Position numbers and translations under genes: made by a program. A model generated the notes under the pieces. It was not told the DNA's origin and made no database searches. It saw only the letters and a program-made list of their open reading frames with translations. From Mobula hypostoma (lineage: Eukaryota): a stretch of DNA of 64,000 nt. Positions 11,801 to 24,919 of this stretch are shown here, one piece after another. The stretch spans positions 141,548,001 to 141,612,000 of the forward strand of contig NC_086097.1 of NCBI RefSeq assembly GCF_963921235.1, in the 5' to 3' direction. The stretch's first letter is position 1, and each line of letters starts with the position of its first letter.

Positions 11801-14800
11801 CCAAAGTGTACCACCTCACACTTCTCCAGGTTGAACTCCACCTGCCACTTCTCAGCCCACTTCTGCAATCTATCAATGTCTCTCTGCAATCTTCGACGGT
11901 CCTCTACACTATCTACAACACCACCAACCTTTGTGTCATCTGCAAACTTGCCAACCCACCCTTCTACCCCCGACATCCAGGTCGTTAATAAAAATCACGA
12001 AAACTAAACGTCCCAGAACAGATCCTTGTGGGACACCACTAGTCACAATCCTCCAATCTGAATGTACTCCCTCCACCACCACCCTCTGCCTTCTGCAGGC
12101 AAGCCAATTCTGAATCCACCTGGCCAAACCTCCTTGGATCCCATGCCTTCTGACTTTCTGAAAATGCCTACCATGTGGAACCTTGTCAAATGCCTTACTA
12201 AAATCCATATAGATCATATCCACTGCACTACCCTCATCTATATGCCTGGTCACCTCCTCAAAGAACTCTGTCAGGCTTGTTAGACATGATCTGCCCTTCA
12301 CAAAGCCATGCCAACTGTCCCTGATCAGACCATGATTCTCTAAACGCCCATAGGTCCTAGCTCTAAGAATCTTTTCCAACAGCTTTCCCACCACAGACGT
12401 AAGGCTCACTGGTCTATAATTACCCAGACTATCCCCACTACATTTTTTGAACAAGGGGACAACATTTGCCTCCCTCCAATCCTCCAGTACCATTCCCGTG
12501 GACAACGAGGACATAAAGATCCTAGCCAGAGGCTCAGCAATCTCTTCCCTCACCTCATGGAGCAGTCTGGGGAATATTCCGTCAGGCCCCGGGGACTTAT
12601 CCGTCCTAATGTATTTTAACAACTCCAACACCTCCTCTCTCTTAATATCAACATGCCCCAGAACATCAACCTCACTCATATTGTCCTCACCATCATCAAG
12701 TTCCCTCTCATTGGTGAATACTGAAGAGAAGTATTCATTGAGGACCTCGCTCACTTCCACAGCCTCCAGGCATATCTTCCCACCTTTATCTCTAATTGGT
12801 CCTACCTTCACTCCTATCCTTTTTTTCTTCACATAATTAAAGAATGCCTTGGGGTTTTCCTTTACCCTACTCGCCAAGGCCTTCTCACGCCCCCTTCTTG
12901 CTCTTCTCAGCCCCTTCTTAAGCTCCTTTCTTGCTTCCCTATATTCCTCAATAGACCCATCTGATCCTTGCTTCCTAAACCTCATGTCTGCTGCCTTCTT
13001 CCAGCTGACTAGATTTTCCACCTCACTTGTTACCCATGGTTCCTTCACCCTACCATTCTTTATCTTCCTCACCGGGACAAATTTATCCCTAACATCCTGC
13101 AAGAGATCTCTAAACATCGACCACATGTCCATAGTACATTTCCCTGCAAAAACATCATCCCAATTCACACCCACAAGTTCTAGCCTTATAGCCTCATAAT
13201 TTGCCCTTCCCCAATTAAAAATTTTCCTGTCCTCTCTGATTCTATCCTTTTCCATGATAATGCTAAAGGCCAGGGAGTGGTGGTCACTGTCCCCCAGATG
13301 CTCACCCACTGAGAGATCTGTGACCTGACCCGGTTCATTACCTAGTACTAGATCTAGTATGGCATTCCCCCTAGTTGGCTTGTCTACATACTGTGACAGG
13401 AATTCGTCCTGGACACACTTAACAAACTCTGCCCCATCTAAACCCTTGGAACTAATCAGGTACCAATCAATATTAAGGAAATTAAAGTCACCCATGATAA
13501 CAACCCTGTTATTTTTGAACCTTTCCAAAATCTGCCTCCCAATCTGCTCCTCTGTATCTCTGCTGCTACTAGGGGGTCTATAGAATACTCCCGATAGAGT
13601 AACTGCTCCCTTCCTGTTCCTGACTTGCACCCATACTGACTCAAAAGAGGATCCTGCTACATTACCCACCCTTTCTGTAGCTGTAATAGTATCCATGGCC
13701 AGTAATGCCACCCCTTCTCCCCTACCCCCCCCCATCCCTTTTAAAGCACTGAAATTCAGGAATATTGAGAAGCCATTACTGCCCTGGTGCTAGCCAAGTC
13801 TCTGTAATAGCCACTACATCATAATTCCATGTATGTATCCAAGCTCTCAGTTCATCACCTTTGTTCCTGATGCTTCTTGCATTGAGGTACACACACTTCA
13901 GCCCTTCTACCTTACTACCTTTACACCCTTTATTCTGCTTCTCTTTCCTCAAAGTCTCTCTATATGTTAGATCTGGCTTTACTCCATGCACTTCTTTCAC
14001 TGCTCTATCGCTCCGGGTCCCATCCCCCTTGCAAATTAGTTTAAACCCTCCCGAACCATGCTAGCAAACCTACCTGCAAGGATATTGCTCCCCCTCGAGT
14101 TCAGGTGCAACCCATCCAATCTGTACAGGTCCCACCTTCCCCAGAAGAGATCCCAATGATCCAAAAATCTAAAACCCTGCTCCCTGCACCAACTCCTCAG
14201 CCACGCATTCAACTGCCATCCCCTCCAATTCTTACCATCACTGTCACATAGCAGTGCCAGCAATTCTGAGAACACCACCCTCGAGGTCCTGTTCTTCAGC
14301 CTTCTGCCTAGTTTCCGAAACTCACACTTCAGGACCTCACTTGGAGGTTAGACCCCACTTGGAGTACTGTGTTCTGTTCTGGTCACCTCACTAAAGGAAG
14401 GATGTGGATACTATAGAGAAAGTGCAGAGGAGATTTACAAGGCTGTTGCCTGGATTGAAGAGCATGCCTTATGAGAATAAGGTGAATAATCTTGGCCTTT
14501 TTTCCTTGGAGCAATGGAGGATGAGAGATGACATGATAGAGGTATATAAGATGATGAGGGACATTGACCATGCGGATAGCCAGAGGCTTTTTCCCAGAGT
14601 TGAAATGGCTAAGACAAGGGGGCATAGTTTTAAGATGCTTGGAAATAGGTACAGGGGGGATGCCAGAGGTAAGTTTTTCACACAGCGAGTGGTGGGTGCG
14701 TGCAATGCACTGCCAGCAACAGTGGTAGAGACGAATGCAATAGGGTCTTTTAAGAGACTCTTAGATAGGTATATAGAGCTTAGAAAAATAGAGGGCTATG

Positions 14801-14900
14801 CAGTAGGGAAATTCTAGGCAGTTTCTAGAGTAGGTTACGTGTTCAGCACAATGTTGTGGGCGAAGGGCCTGAAATATGATATAGATTTCTATGTTCTATG
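8860..14900 (+). mobile_element. CR1 LINE (ORF2, decayed), interrupted by a younger opposite-strand CR1 at about 11061-14340
   Basis: Endonuclease and RT fragments 8880-10819 ([20 protein letters not shown]). Reading resumes at 14347 (RPHLEY) and 14404-14817, ending in a TTCTATG tail near 14900. GTTAGA flanks the insert at 11057-11062 and 14347-14352. Confidence 0.88.
11061..14340 (-). mobile_element. Younger CR1 LINE, 5'-truncated within ORF1
   Basis: (CATAGAA)n tail at 11061-11080. ORF2 11936-13735 (599 aa, endonuclease plus RT), 11401-11976 (FADD) and 11126-11443. ORF1 end at 14036-14278. Confidence 0.93.
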
Positions 14901-14999
14901 GTCACAACCTTCCTTCACATGGATGGAATTGGATGCATGTCAGCTATGGCTGGGTTTGCAGGCCATTGCTTCCTATAAAGTGAAACTTATCATCATAAA

Positions 15000-15654
15000 G
15001 AGAAGGAGATGACAGCACGACGGAGCGCACAGCAGCCACTACGGTGAATGATATCTGTTACCTCTCAAGTAGGGTGCCATGCACAATCCTGATTTGATGG
15101 AGACAGACGTGACAGCATGGAGGAACATCTGGAGAAACTTCTGAAATGCCTTCTTCGCTGCCGCTACTACTGTGTGATCCAGAATCTCCGGAGGAGAAGG
15201 CCCTGAGTCCTCGGCTTTGCTTGTTGCTTGGTGGCCGGGGCAGGGTCGAAGAGCTCGGCAGAGATGGTGCTCGGTGCTGGAGGCTCGAAGTTTTCGGACA
15301 GACTCAGAGTCGGCTGTGGTCGGGTGCTTCCAATGCAGTTGTCGGCGCCCGGAGGTTTATGGCAGGGAGAGTTTCTCCCTTTCGCAGCCTGCTATCGGGA
15401 CTATCGGGAGTCAATCGGAACTTTGAGACTTTTTTTTACCGTGCCCATGGTCTGCTCTTTATCAAATTACGGTATTGCTTTGCACTGCTGTAACTATATG
15501 TTATAATTATGTGGTCTTGTCATTGTTAGTCTTTGGTTTGTCCTTTTTTTGTGATATTACTCTGGAGGAACATTGTATCATTTCTTAATGCATGCATTTC
15601 TAAATGACAATAAACGAGGACTGAGTGTCCATATAATCTAATCTAATAATCTAA
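15000..15654 (+). mobile_element. Non-coding ~620-bp retroposon (SINE-like), copy 1 of 3
   Basis: Shares GAGGAACATCTGGAGAAA(C/T)TTCTGAAA, ATCAAATTACGGTATTG and a 3' AATAAA/GAGGAC..GTCC/(AATCT)n end with 17724-18376 and 44530-45130. Confidence 0.8.
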
Positions 15655-15659
15655 AATGT

Positions 15660-17290
15660 CTGTGATGCTTTACTCTCAGCTGAGCTCAGTGCCTTTTATG
15701 TGTGCTTTGAAAGGGAGAATAACACTACACCTGTGCAAATCCCTCCAGCATCAGGTGGCCTGGTGAATTCTGTCTCAGAGGCCGAAGTCAAAATATCTTT
15801 CAAGAGCGTAAACCCTCGCAAGGCATCAGGCCCTGATGGTGTACCTGGTGGGGCTCTGTGCTAACCAACTGCCAGGAATGTACAATGATACCTTCACTTT
15901 CTCACTGCTGCAGTCAGAGGTTTCCACCTGCTTTAAAAGGATGACAATCATACCAATGCCCAAGAGCAGGGAGAGCTGTTTCAATGACCATTGCCCAGTG
16001 GCATTCACAACTACTGTGATGAAGTGCTTTAAAAGGTTGGTTATAGCTGGAATCAACTCCTGCTAAAGCAAGGACCTGGACCGCTGCAACTTGCCTATCA
16101 CCACAATAGTCTACAGTTGTAACAATCTCACTGGCTCTTCCACAACTTCAAATCACCTGGACAATAGCAAAACTTATGTCAGGCTACTATTTATTGACTA
16201 CAGTTCAACACAATCGTACCCTCAGTTCTAATCAACAAGGTCTAAAACCTTGGCCTCTGTACCTCCCTCTGCAACTAGAACCTTGACTTGCTAGCCAGGA
16301 GACTACAGTCTGAGTGGTTTGGAATAACATCTGCTCCTCACTGAAAAGTAACACTGGTGCACCTCAAGGATGCGTGGTTAGCCCACTGCTCTACTCTCTC
16401 TACATTCAGAATTGTACAGCTAGGCACAGCTCAAACTATCTACAACCATCTATAAATTTGCCGATGACACAACTATTGTTGGCAGAATTTCAAATGGTGA
16501 TGGGGAAGAGTACAGGAGCGAGATAGATCAGCTAGTTGAGTGGTGTTACAGCAGTAAACTTGCACTCAGTGTCAGTAAGACCAAGGAATTTACTGTGGAC
16601 TTCAGGAAGGGGAGATCGAGGGAACATACACCAGTCCTCTTCGAGGGATCAGAAGTGGAAAGGGTGAGTAGTTCCAAGTCCCTGGGTGTCAACATCTCTG
16701 AGGATTAATCTGGGGCACAACATATTGATGAAATTACAAAGAAGACAGACTATATTTCATTAGGAGTTTCAGGAGAATTTTGCATGTCACCAAAAGACAC
16801 ATGCAAATTTCTACAGATTACCATGGAGAGCATTCTAACCAGTTGCATCACCAACTGGAATGGAGGGGCTACTGTACAGGATAGGAAAAAGTTGCAGAAG
16901 GTTGTAAACTCTGCCAGTTCCATCATGGGCTCTAGTCTCCCCAGCATCTGGAACATCTTCAAAAGGCAATGCCTCAAAAATCTGGCATCCATCATTAAGA
17001 AACCTCATCACTTGGCACATGCCTTCTTCTCATTGCTACCATCAAGGACGAGGTACAGGAACCTGAAGACATACACTCAGTGTTTCAGGAACAGCTTCTT
17101 CCCTTCTGCCATCAGGTTTTTGAATGGGCAATGAACCCATGAACACTACTTCAGAATTTTTCTCTCTTTTTGCACTACTTATTGAGTTTAAGTTTCTTTT
17201 TTTAATATATACTTATTGTAAATTATTTTTATTATTATGTATTACAGTGTACTGCTGCTGCAAAACAACAAATTTCATGACATGCATACA
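15660..17290 (+). mobile_element. Rex1/Babar-type LINE, 5'-truncated and decayed
   Basis: Fragments 15836-16066 (CANQL..CFK..NDHCPVA..VMKCF), 16314-16526 (TGAPQGCV) and 16784-17134 (..FRNSFFPSAIRFLN). Confidence 0.85.
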
Positions 17291-17723
17291 TCGCTCAAGA
17301 TGTTGTCCTGTAAGTGATAACATGATGCCCCATCTCTTGTACTTGATGTCTTAACTAATGAAGACAAGCATTCCATATGCCTCTTCCTTATGATGTCTAA
17401 CTGTGTTGTCATTTTTAGGAAACTATGTACTTGCAGCGCTAGACTTTCTGTTCCACAACACTCCCCAGGGCCCCACCATTCACTGTGTATGTCAAACAGT
17501 AGTTTAAGTTCCCAAAATATATCACTTGATACTTGTGTGATTTAAAATTCATCTGCAGTTCCTTTGTCCACTTTCCTAATTGATATAGATCCTGTTGTAA
17601 ACTTAGACAGCCTTCTTCACAGTCCACAACTCCACCAATTTGAGAATGTAGGTGATATGATTAGTAAGCTTGTTATTCACAAGCTTATTAATCATGCCAC
17701 CTACATTCTCATTCATATTGTTA

Positions 17724-18376
17724 AGGAGGAGGAGAAGATGGTGGCGCGACGCAGCATGCGCGGCCGTTCCGAGTGATATCAATATGCGTTAACTAGGGGG
17801 CTGTGCACAATCCTGATTTGATGGAGACAGCCCTGAGAAGCATAGAGGAACATCTGGAGAAACTTCTGAAATGCCCGCTTCGCTGCCGCTGATACTGCGC
17901 GATCGAGAATCTCCGGAGGGGAAGGCCCCAAATCCTCGGCTTTGCCTACTGCCTGTTGCCGGGGCCGGGGTCGAAGCGCTAGGCGGAGATGGTGCTCAGT
18001 GCTCGGTGTCGGAGAGCTGGTCGGAGGCTCGGAGTTTTTGGACGGACTCAGAGTCCAACTGTGGTCAGCTGCTTCCAGGATGCTGCATCGGCAAGTTTGC
18101 AGCGCTGGAGGTTCACTGTCTGCATGAGATGATGGGACTTTCGAGAGACTTTGAGATTTTTTATCGTGCCCATGGTCTGTTCTTATCAAATTACGGTATT
18201 GCTTTGCACTGTTTTAACTATATGTAATAATTATGTGTTTTTTGTCAGTTTTTCAGTTGGTTTGTCATGTGTTTCTGTGATATCATTCTGGAAAAACATT
18301 GTATCGTTTCTTAATGCATACATTACTAAATGACAATAAAGGAAGACTGCGTGTCCTCATAATCCAGTCTAATCTA
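17724..18376 (+). mobile_element. Non-coding ~620-bp retroposon, copy 2 of 3
   Basis: Starts GAGAAGATGGTGGCGCG, ends AATAAA..GTCCTCATAATCCAGTCTAATCTA, and is homologous to the other two copies. Confidence 0.8.
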
Positions 18377-18403
18377 CATTACAAACAGCAGGACACCAAA
18401 TTC

Positions 18404-18722
18404 ATAGAAACATGGAAAACCTACAGCACAATACAGGCTTTTCGGCCCACAATGCTGTGCCAAACATGTACTTACTTTAGAAATTACCTAGGGTTATCCA
18501 CAGCCCTCTATTTTTCTAAGCTCCGTGTACCTATCCAGGAGCCTCTTAAAAGACCCTACTGTATCCATCTCCACCACAGTCACTGGCAGACCATTCCACC
18601 ATTCATCACTCTCTGTGTAAAAAACTTACCGCTGACATCTCCTCTGTACCTACTTCCAATCACCTTAAAACTGTGCCCTCTCATGTTTGCCATTTCAGTC
18701 CTGGGAAAAAGACTCTGACTAT
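18404..18722 (-). mobile_element. CR1 3' end
   Basis: CATAGAAACATGGAAAACCTACAGCACAATACAGG tail, followed by the reverse complement of the ORF2 C-terminal region. Confidence 0.8.
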
Positions 18723-20390
18723 CAGAGCAAGAAGGCTGCAAGTCAATGGCTGATTTTTGGAGCCAAGGCAGTTTTTACCACTCAGGGTAAAAGAGAGGCA
18801 AGACTGTGCAGGCACGTGATGTCAGCCAGTAGAGCGTGAAAGGTTTAAAATGGCGAGGAATCTTCAATGGTTTTTGATTCGGAGCAAGAAGACTGCGAGT
18901 GAATGGCTGATTTTTGGAGCCAAGGCAGTTTTTACCACTTGGGGTAAAAGAGCGGCAAGACTGCGCAGGCACGTGACGTCAACCAGTAGAGCGCGAAAGA
19001 TTTTAAAAAAAGACTGCCATATCCAGCGGGCAGCAGAGTGATAGGGCTTTGGCTCAGAGGCCTTAGGTAGTCACCGGACAAGGCGAGGTAGGTTTACCAG
19101 TGTTATTTGCGGAAAGGAGGAAGTACGTGTGTGAGGCCAGTTTTCTGTGCTCGGTGTCAGATATGGGAGGTCCTGGAGTCTCCCAGCCTCCCGGACAGCC
19201 ATATCTGCACCAGATGTGTCGAGCTGCAGCTCCTAAGGGACTGAGTTAGGGAACTGGAGATGCAGCTCGACGACCTTCGCCTGGTCAGGGAGAGGGAGGA
19301 GGTGATCAAAAGGAGTTATAGGCAGGTGGTCACACTGGGGCCATGGGAGACAGACAAATGGGTCACAGTCAGGAGGGGGAAGGGGAAGAGTCAGGTACTA
19401 GAGAGTACCCCTGTGGCTGTACCCCTTGACAATAAGTACTCCTGTTTGAGTACTGTTGGGGGGGTACAGTCTACCAGGGGGAAGCGACAGTGGCTGTGCC
19501 TCTGGCACAGAGTCTGGCACTGTGGCTCAGAAGGGTAGGGAAAGGAAGAGGAAGGCAGTAGTGATAGGGGACTCTATAGTTAGGGGGTCAAACAGGCGAT
19601 TCTGTGGATGCAGGAAAGAAACTCGGATGGTAGTTTGCCTCCCAGGTGCCAGGGTCTGGGATGTTTCCGATCGCGTCCAGGATATCCTGCAGTGGGAGGA
19701 AGAACAGCCAGAGGTCATGGTACATATTGGTACCAATGACATAGGTAGGAAAAAGGAAGAGGTCCTGAAAAAAGAGTACAGGGAGTTAGGAAGGAAGTTG
19801 AGAAGCAGGACCGCAAAGGTAGTATTCTCGGGATTACTGCCTGTGCCATGCGACCGTGAGTATAGGAATAGAATGAGGTGGAGGATAAATGCGTGGCTGA
19901 GGAATTGGAGCGGGGGCAGGGATTCAGATTTCTGGATCATTGGGACCTCTTTTGGGGCAGGTGTGACCTGTACAAAAAGGTTGGGTTGTACTTGAATCCG
20001 AGGGGGACCAATATCCTGGCGGGGAGTTTTGCTAAGGCTACTGGGGAGAGTTTAAACTAGAATTGTTGGAGGGTGGGAACCGAACTGAAGAGACTGGGGA
20101 AGAGGAGGTTGGCTCACAAATAGAGAAAGCTTGTAGACAGTGCGAGAGGGAGGATATGTAGGTGATGGGGAAGGGACACGCTCAGACCGAAGGTTTGAGA
20201 TGCGTTTATTTCAACGCAAGGAGTGTTGTGAACAAACTGGATGAGCTTAGAGTGTGGATCCGTACTTGGACATATAATGTGGTGACTATTACAGAGACTT
20301 GGATGGCTCAGGGACAGGAATGGTTATTCAAGTGCTGGGTTTTCGATGTTTCAGACAGGACAGGGAGGGAGGCAAAAGAGGTGGGGGCAT
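18723..20390 (+). mobile_element. CR1 5' half only (5' UTR, ORF1, endonuclease start), 3'-truncated
   Basis: Duplicated ~155-bp 5' UTR unit (about 18723-19010). ORF1 19260-20060 (MQLDDLRLVRE.., VIGDSIVRG, VHIGTND). ORF2 start 20162-20407 (CVYFNARS). Confidence 0.88.
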
Positions 20391-22740
20391 GGAGTAAACT
20401 GAAGTAAAATATTCATTAAGTACCTCCACTATCTCCTCCCGTTCCATATACACTTTTCCACCGTCACACTTGATTGGTCCTATTCTTTCAAATCTTATTC
20501 TCTTGCTCTTCACTTACTTGCAGAATGCCTTGGGGTTTTCCTTAATCCTGCTCACCAAGGCCTTCTCATGGCCCCTTCTGGCTCTCCTGATTCCATTCTT
20601 AAGCCCTTTCCTGCTCGCCTTATAATTTTCTAGTTCTCTATCATTACCCAGTTTTTTTGAACCTTTCATAAGCTTTTCTTTTTGTGACTAGATTTGCAAC
20701 AGCCTTTGTACACCATGGTTCCTGTACCCTATCACCCTTTCCCTGTCTCATTGGAATGTACCTATGCAGAACACCACACATATATCCCCTGAATATTTGC
20801 CACATTTGTGCCATACATTTCCCTGAGAACATCTGTTCCCAATTTATGCTTCCAAGTTCCTGCCTGATAGCTTCATATTTCCCCTTACTCCAGTTAAATG
20901 CTTTCCTAACTTGTTTGTTCCTATCCATCTCCAATGCAATGGTAAAGGAGATAGAACTATGATCACTATCTCCAAAATGCTCTCCCACTGAGAGACCTGA
21001 CACCTGACCAGGTTCACTTCCCAATACCAGATCAAGTACAGCACCTCCTCTTGTAGGCTTATCTACTTATTGTGTCAGGAAACCTTCCTGAACACACCTA
21101 ACAAACTCCACCCCATCTAAACCCCTTGCTTTAGGGAGATGCTAATCAATATTGAGGAAATTAAAATCTCCCACCACGACAACCCTGTTATTATTACATC
21201 TTTCCAGAATCTCTCTCCTTATCTGGTCCTCGATGTCCCTGTTACTATCGGGTGGTCTATAAAAACATCCAGTAGAGTTATTGACCCCTTGCTGTTCCTA
21301 ACTTCCACCCACAGAGACTCAGTAGACAATCCCTCCATTACTTCCTCCTTTTCTGCAGCCGTGATACTATCTCTGATCAGCAGTGCCACACCCCCACCTC
21401 TTTTGCCTCCCTCCCTGTCCTTTCTGAAACATCTAAAGCCTGGCTCTCTAAGTAACTATTCCTGCCCCTGAGCCATCCAAGTCTCTGTAATGACCACAAC
21501 ATCGTAACTCCAAGTGCCGATCCACACTCTAAGTCCATCCGCTTTGTTCATGATACTCCTTGCATTAAAATAGACACATCTCAAACCATCAATCTGAGCA
21601 TATCCCTTCTCTATCATCTGCCTATCCTCCCTCTCACACTGTCTGCAAGCTTTCTTGATTTGTGAGCCAATGCCCCTTCCTCCGTCTCTTCAGTTCGGTT
21701 CCCTCGCCCCAGCAATTCTAGTTTAAACTCTCCCCAATAGCCTTAGCAAACCTCCCTGCCAGGATATTGGTCCCCCTTGGATTCAAGTGCAACCTGTCCT
21801 TTTTGTACAGGTCACTCCTGCCCCAAAAGAGGTCCCAATAATCCAGAAATCTGGATCCCTACTCCCTGCTCCAATCCCTCAGCCACACATTTATCCTCTA
21901 TCTCACTCTATTCCTATACTCACTGTCGCATGGCACAGGCAATAATCTCGAGGTTTCTACCTTTGAGGCCCTGCTTCTCAACTTCCCTCCTAACTCCCTG
22001 TAGTCTGTTTTCAGGACCCCCTCCCTTTTCCTACCTATGTCGTTGGTACCAATATGTACCACGACCTCTAACTGTTCACCTTCCCACTTCTGGATATCGT
22101 GGATGCAATCAGAAACATCCTGGCACATGGGAGGCAAACTACCATCCACGTTTCTTTCCTGCATCCACAGAATCGTCTGTCTGACCCCCTAACTATAGAG
22201 TCCCCTATTACTGCTGCCTTCTTCCTTTCCCTACCCTTCTGAGCCACAGGGCTAGACTCTGTGCCAGAGGCACGGCCACTGTTGCTTCCCACAGGTAGGC
22301 CGTTCCCCCCCACCCAGAAGTACTCAAACAGGATACTTACTGTTAAGGGGGACAGCCACAGGGGTATTCTCTAGTATCTGACTCTTGCCCTTCCCTATCC
22401 TGACTGTTACCCACTTATCTATCTTCCAAGGCTTCGGTATGACTACTTGCCTGTAGGTCTTCTCTATCACCTCCTCACTTTCCCTAACCAGATGAAGGTC
22501 ATCGAGCTGCATCTCACCTGGACCCTAAGGAACTGCAGCTGGCACAGATGTGGCTGTCCGGGAGGCTGGGAGTCTCCTGGACATCTCACATCTGACACCT
22601 AGTACAGAACACCGGCCTCACATACTTCCTATTCCTATCCTTCACAAGTAACTTACTTCGCCTCAATGTGTTATCGCCGAGTCCCGTTGAGCCAAACCTC
22701 TCCTACTCTGACTCCTTCTTCTCTGTCGCCTGCTCTTTCG
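20391..22740 (-). mobile_element. CR1 5' half (ORF1 plus endonuclease), same subfamily as 18723-20390
   Basis: ORF1 22324-22512 (MQLDDLHLVRE), 22068-22313 and 21898-22164. Endonuclease 20644-21024 (GEHFGDSDH). Confidence 0.88.
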
Positions 22741-22749
22741 ATGCCTGCA

Positions 22750-24919
22750 TACACATAGTATAAAAAACAACCCTCCATGACCACTCTCTTATAACTACCA
22801 CTAAGCCAATTTTGCACCTAATTGCCTAGCTCAACCTGGATCCCATATGATTTAGACTTGTAGAACAACCTATCATGTGGGACCTTACGAAAGGCCTTGC
22901 TATAGTCGATGTATGCAACATCCACTGCTCTGCCCTTGTCAATCCTCTTGGTTATGTCTTCAAAAAACTCAACCAAATTCACTATTTACCATGAATAAAG
23001 CCATGTTGACTATCTCGTATCAGTCCTTCCATTTCCAAATGCAGATAGATCCTGTCACTCATAAGCTACTCCAGTAACTATCTCACCACTGATGTTAGGT
23101 TCACCAATTGTATTTCCCAGGCTTGACTTGCAGCCACTACATTTGTCACCCTCCTGTCTTCCAGTAGCTCACCTATGGCTCAGGAAGATTTAAAAAAAAC
23201 TCTGGCAGGACCCTAGCAATTTCTTCCCTTAATTCATACAATGTTCTGGGATACACTTGGTCAGGTCCCAGGGATTTAGGCAATTTTATGTGCCTCAAGA
23301 TCACCACCACATCTTACTGTGTATATTTTTAGTATATGACTGTTCTCTTTCCTGAACCCTAGCTTCCATAACCTCCTCTGGTCTTTATGTAGGAAGACAC
23401 GGAAAACTTCTTGGAGATAACAAAGAACAATAGTCCGTAAGTAAGTGAGGTACTCAAAGAAATTACCATTAGTAAAATTCTGATATATAAACATTAGAAA
23501 TAGATCATTCAAACCTCCTTCATGGATGATCTACAAGGGCCTCAATGCACTTCTGTGCCTGTTCCCATAACCATCATTTCCTTGATCTTTCAAATATTTA
23601 TCTATGTCTTAAATTTATTTAATTATCTGGTCTCCATCGCCTTGGGGTCAGAAAGTTCCAGAGACGAAATTTCTTCTTCTCAGTTTTAAATGACCAGCCT
23701 TTACTTTGTAGCTACTAGTGGAAACATCTCAATCATCACGTTATGAAGTCCCCATAGGATTCAATATGTTTGTATAAGGTTACCCCTCATTCTTCCAAAA
23801 TCAAGAAATACAAACCCAAACCTTCTAACTTCTCTTGAGAGGCCAACCCTCTCAACCCAAGAATTAGTCTGATGAATCTCCTTTGGATTGCCTCCAATGC
23901 CACTATATACTTTGGTTTTAGTTAACGGGACCAAAAGTACATGGAAAATTCCAGGTCAACCAACACTCTATACAACAGTAACAAAACATCCCTATCTCTA
24001 AACTCCAACCCTTTAAAATAAAGGCTAACAAACCTTGTGCCTTTTTAACTACATTTTAGATCTGTCTGCACTAGAAAACCTAGAGCGCTGTGAACTTCAA
24101 TCATTTGCAGTCTCTCTCCACTTTGTTGGCAATACTTAGGGAAGATTTTCTTGGGGGATCATCCAGTGAGGGTATATGGGTGGAACTTAGCAATAATAAG
24201 GGGATAATCACTTTGATGGGATTGTACTATAGGCCCCTCCAATTAATCCACAGGAATGGGAACAGCAAATATGCAGTAAGATCACCAATGGCTCTATTCA
24301 GGTTTTAATAATGGATGATTTCTACTTTGCTTTAGACTGCCATAATACAAATGGTTTGCATGGGGTGGAATTAATTCAATATGTCCAATTGCCCTACTAG
24401 AGAGGAGCAAAACTAGACCTCCTATTGAGAATTGAGGCAGCCCAAATGACTGAAATGTCAGTGGGTGAGCACTTTAGGAGCAATGACCATAGTTCTATTA
24501 GTTTTAAGATAGCTATGGAAAACGATAGGACTGGTCCACAAGTTAATGTCCTATGTTGGGGGAAGGCAGATTTTGAAGGTTTGGGCAAGGTTGGGAGAGG
24601 CTGTTTGCAGGTAAAGGGACATCTGGCAAATGGGAGAATTTTAAGAGTGAGATAAGGAGAGTTCATAGACTGCATGTTCCTTATAGAGTGAAGGGCAAGG
24701 CTGACAGGACTAGGCTCATTGTTATTTATCATATATTAACCATATGGATGAAAATGTAGCTGGTATGATTACTAAGTTTGCAGATGATACTAAAATTGGT
24801 GGTATATTGAATAGTGGTGAAGGTTACAATGGAATCTAGATTACTTCCTTAACGGAAAATCTTGTCTGACAATTGTTCGAATTCTTTGAGGAAATAACAA
24901 GCAGGATAGACAAAGGAGA
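22750..24919. mobile_element. Patchwork of old, highly decayed CR1 fragments on both strands
   Basis: Residual motifs, for example GLYYRP (24090-24308), VGEHFRSNDH (24425-24655) and KFADDTKIGG near 24775. Confidence 0.6.

Noticed and set aside
15146..15506. ORFs of 60-136 aa within the three retroposon copies
   Set aside because: Frames and peptides are not conserved between copies; they are GC-rich chance ORFs.
18745..18925. AATGGCTGATTTTTGGAGC, resembling the U2 snRNA Sm-site region
   Set aside because: It is a short match within the repeated CR1 5' UTR unit, with no other U2 sequence around it.
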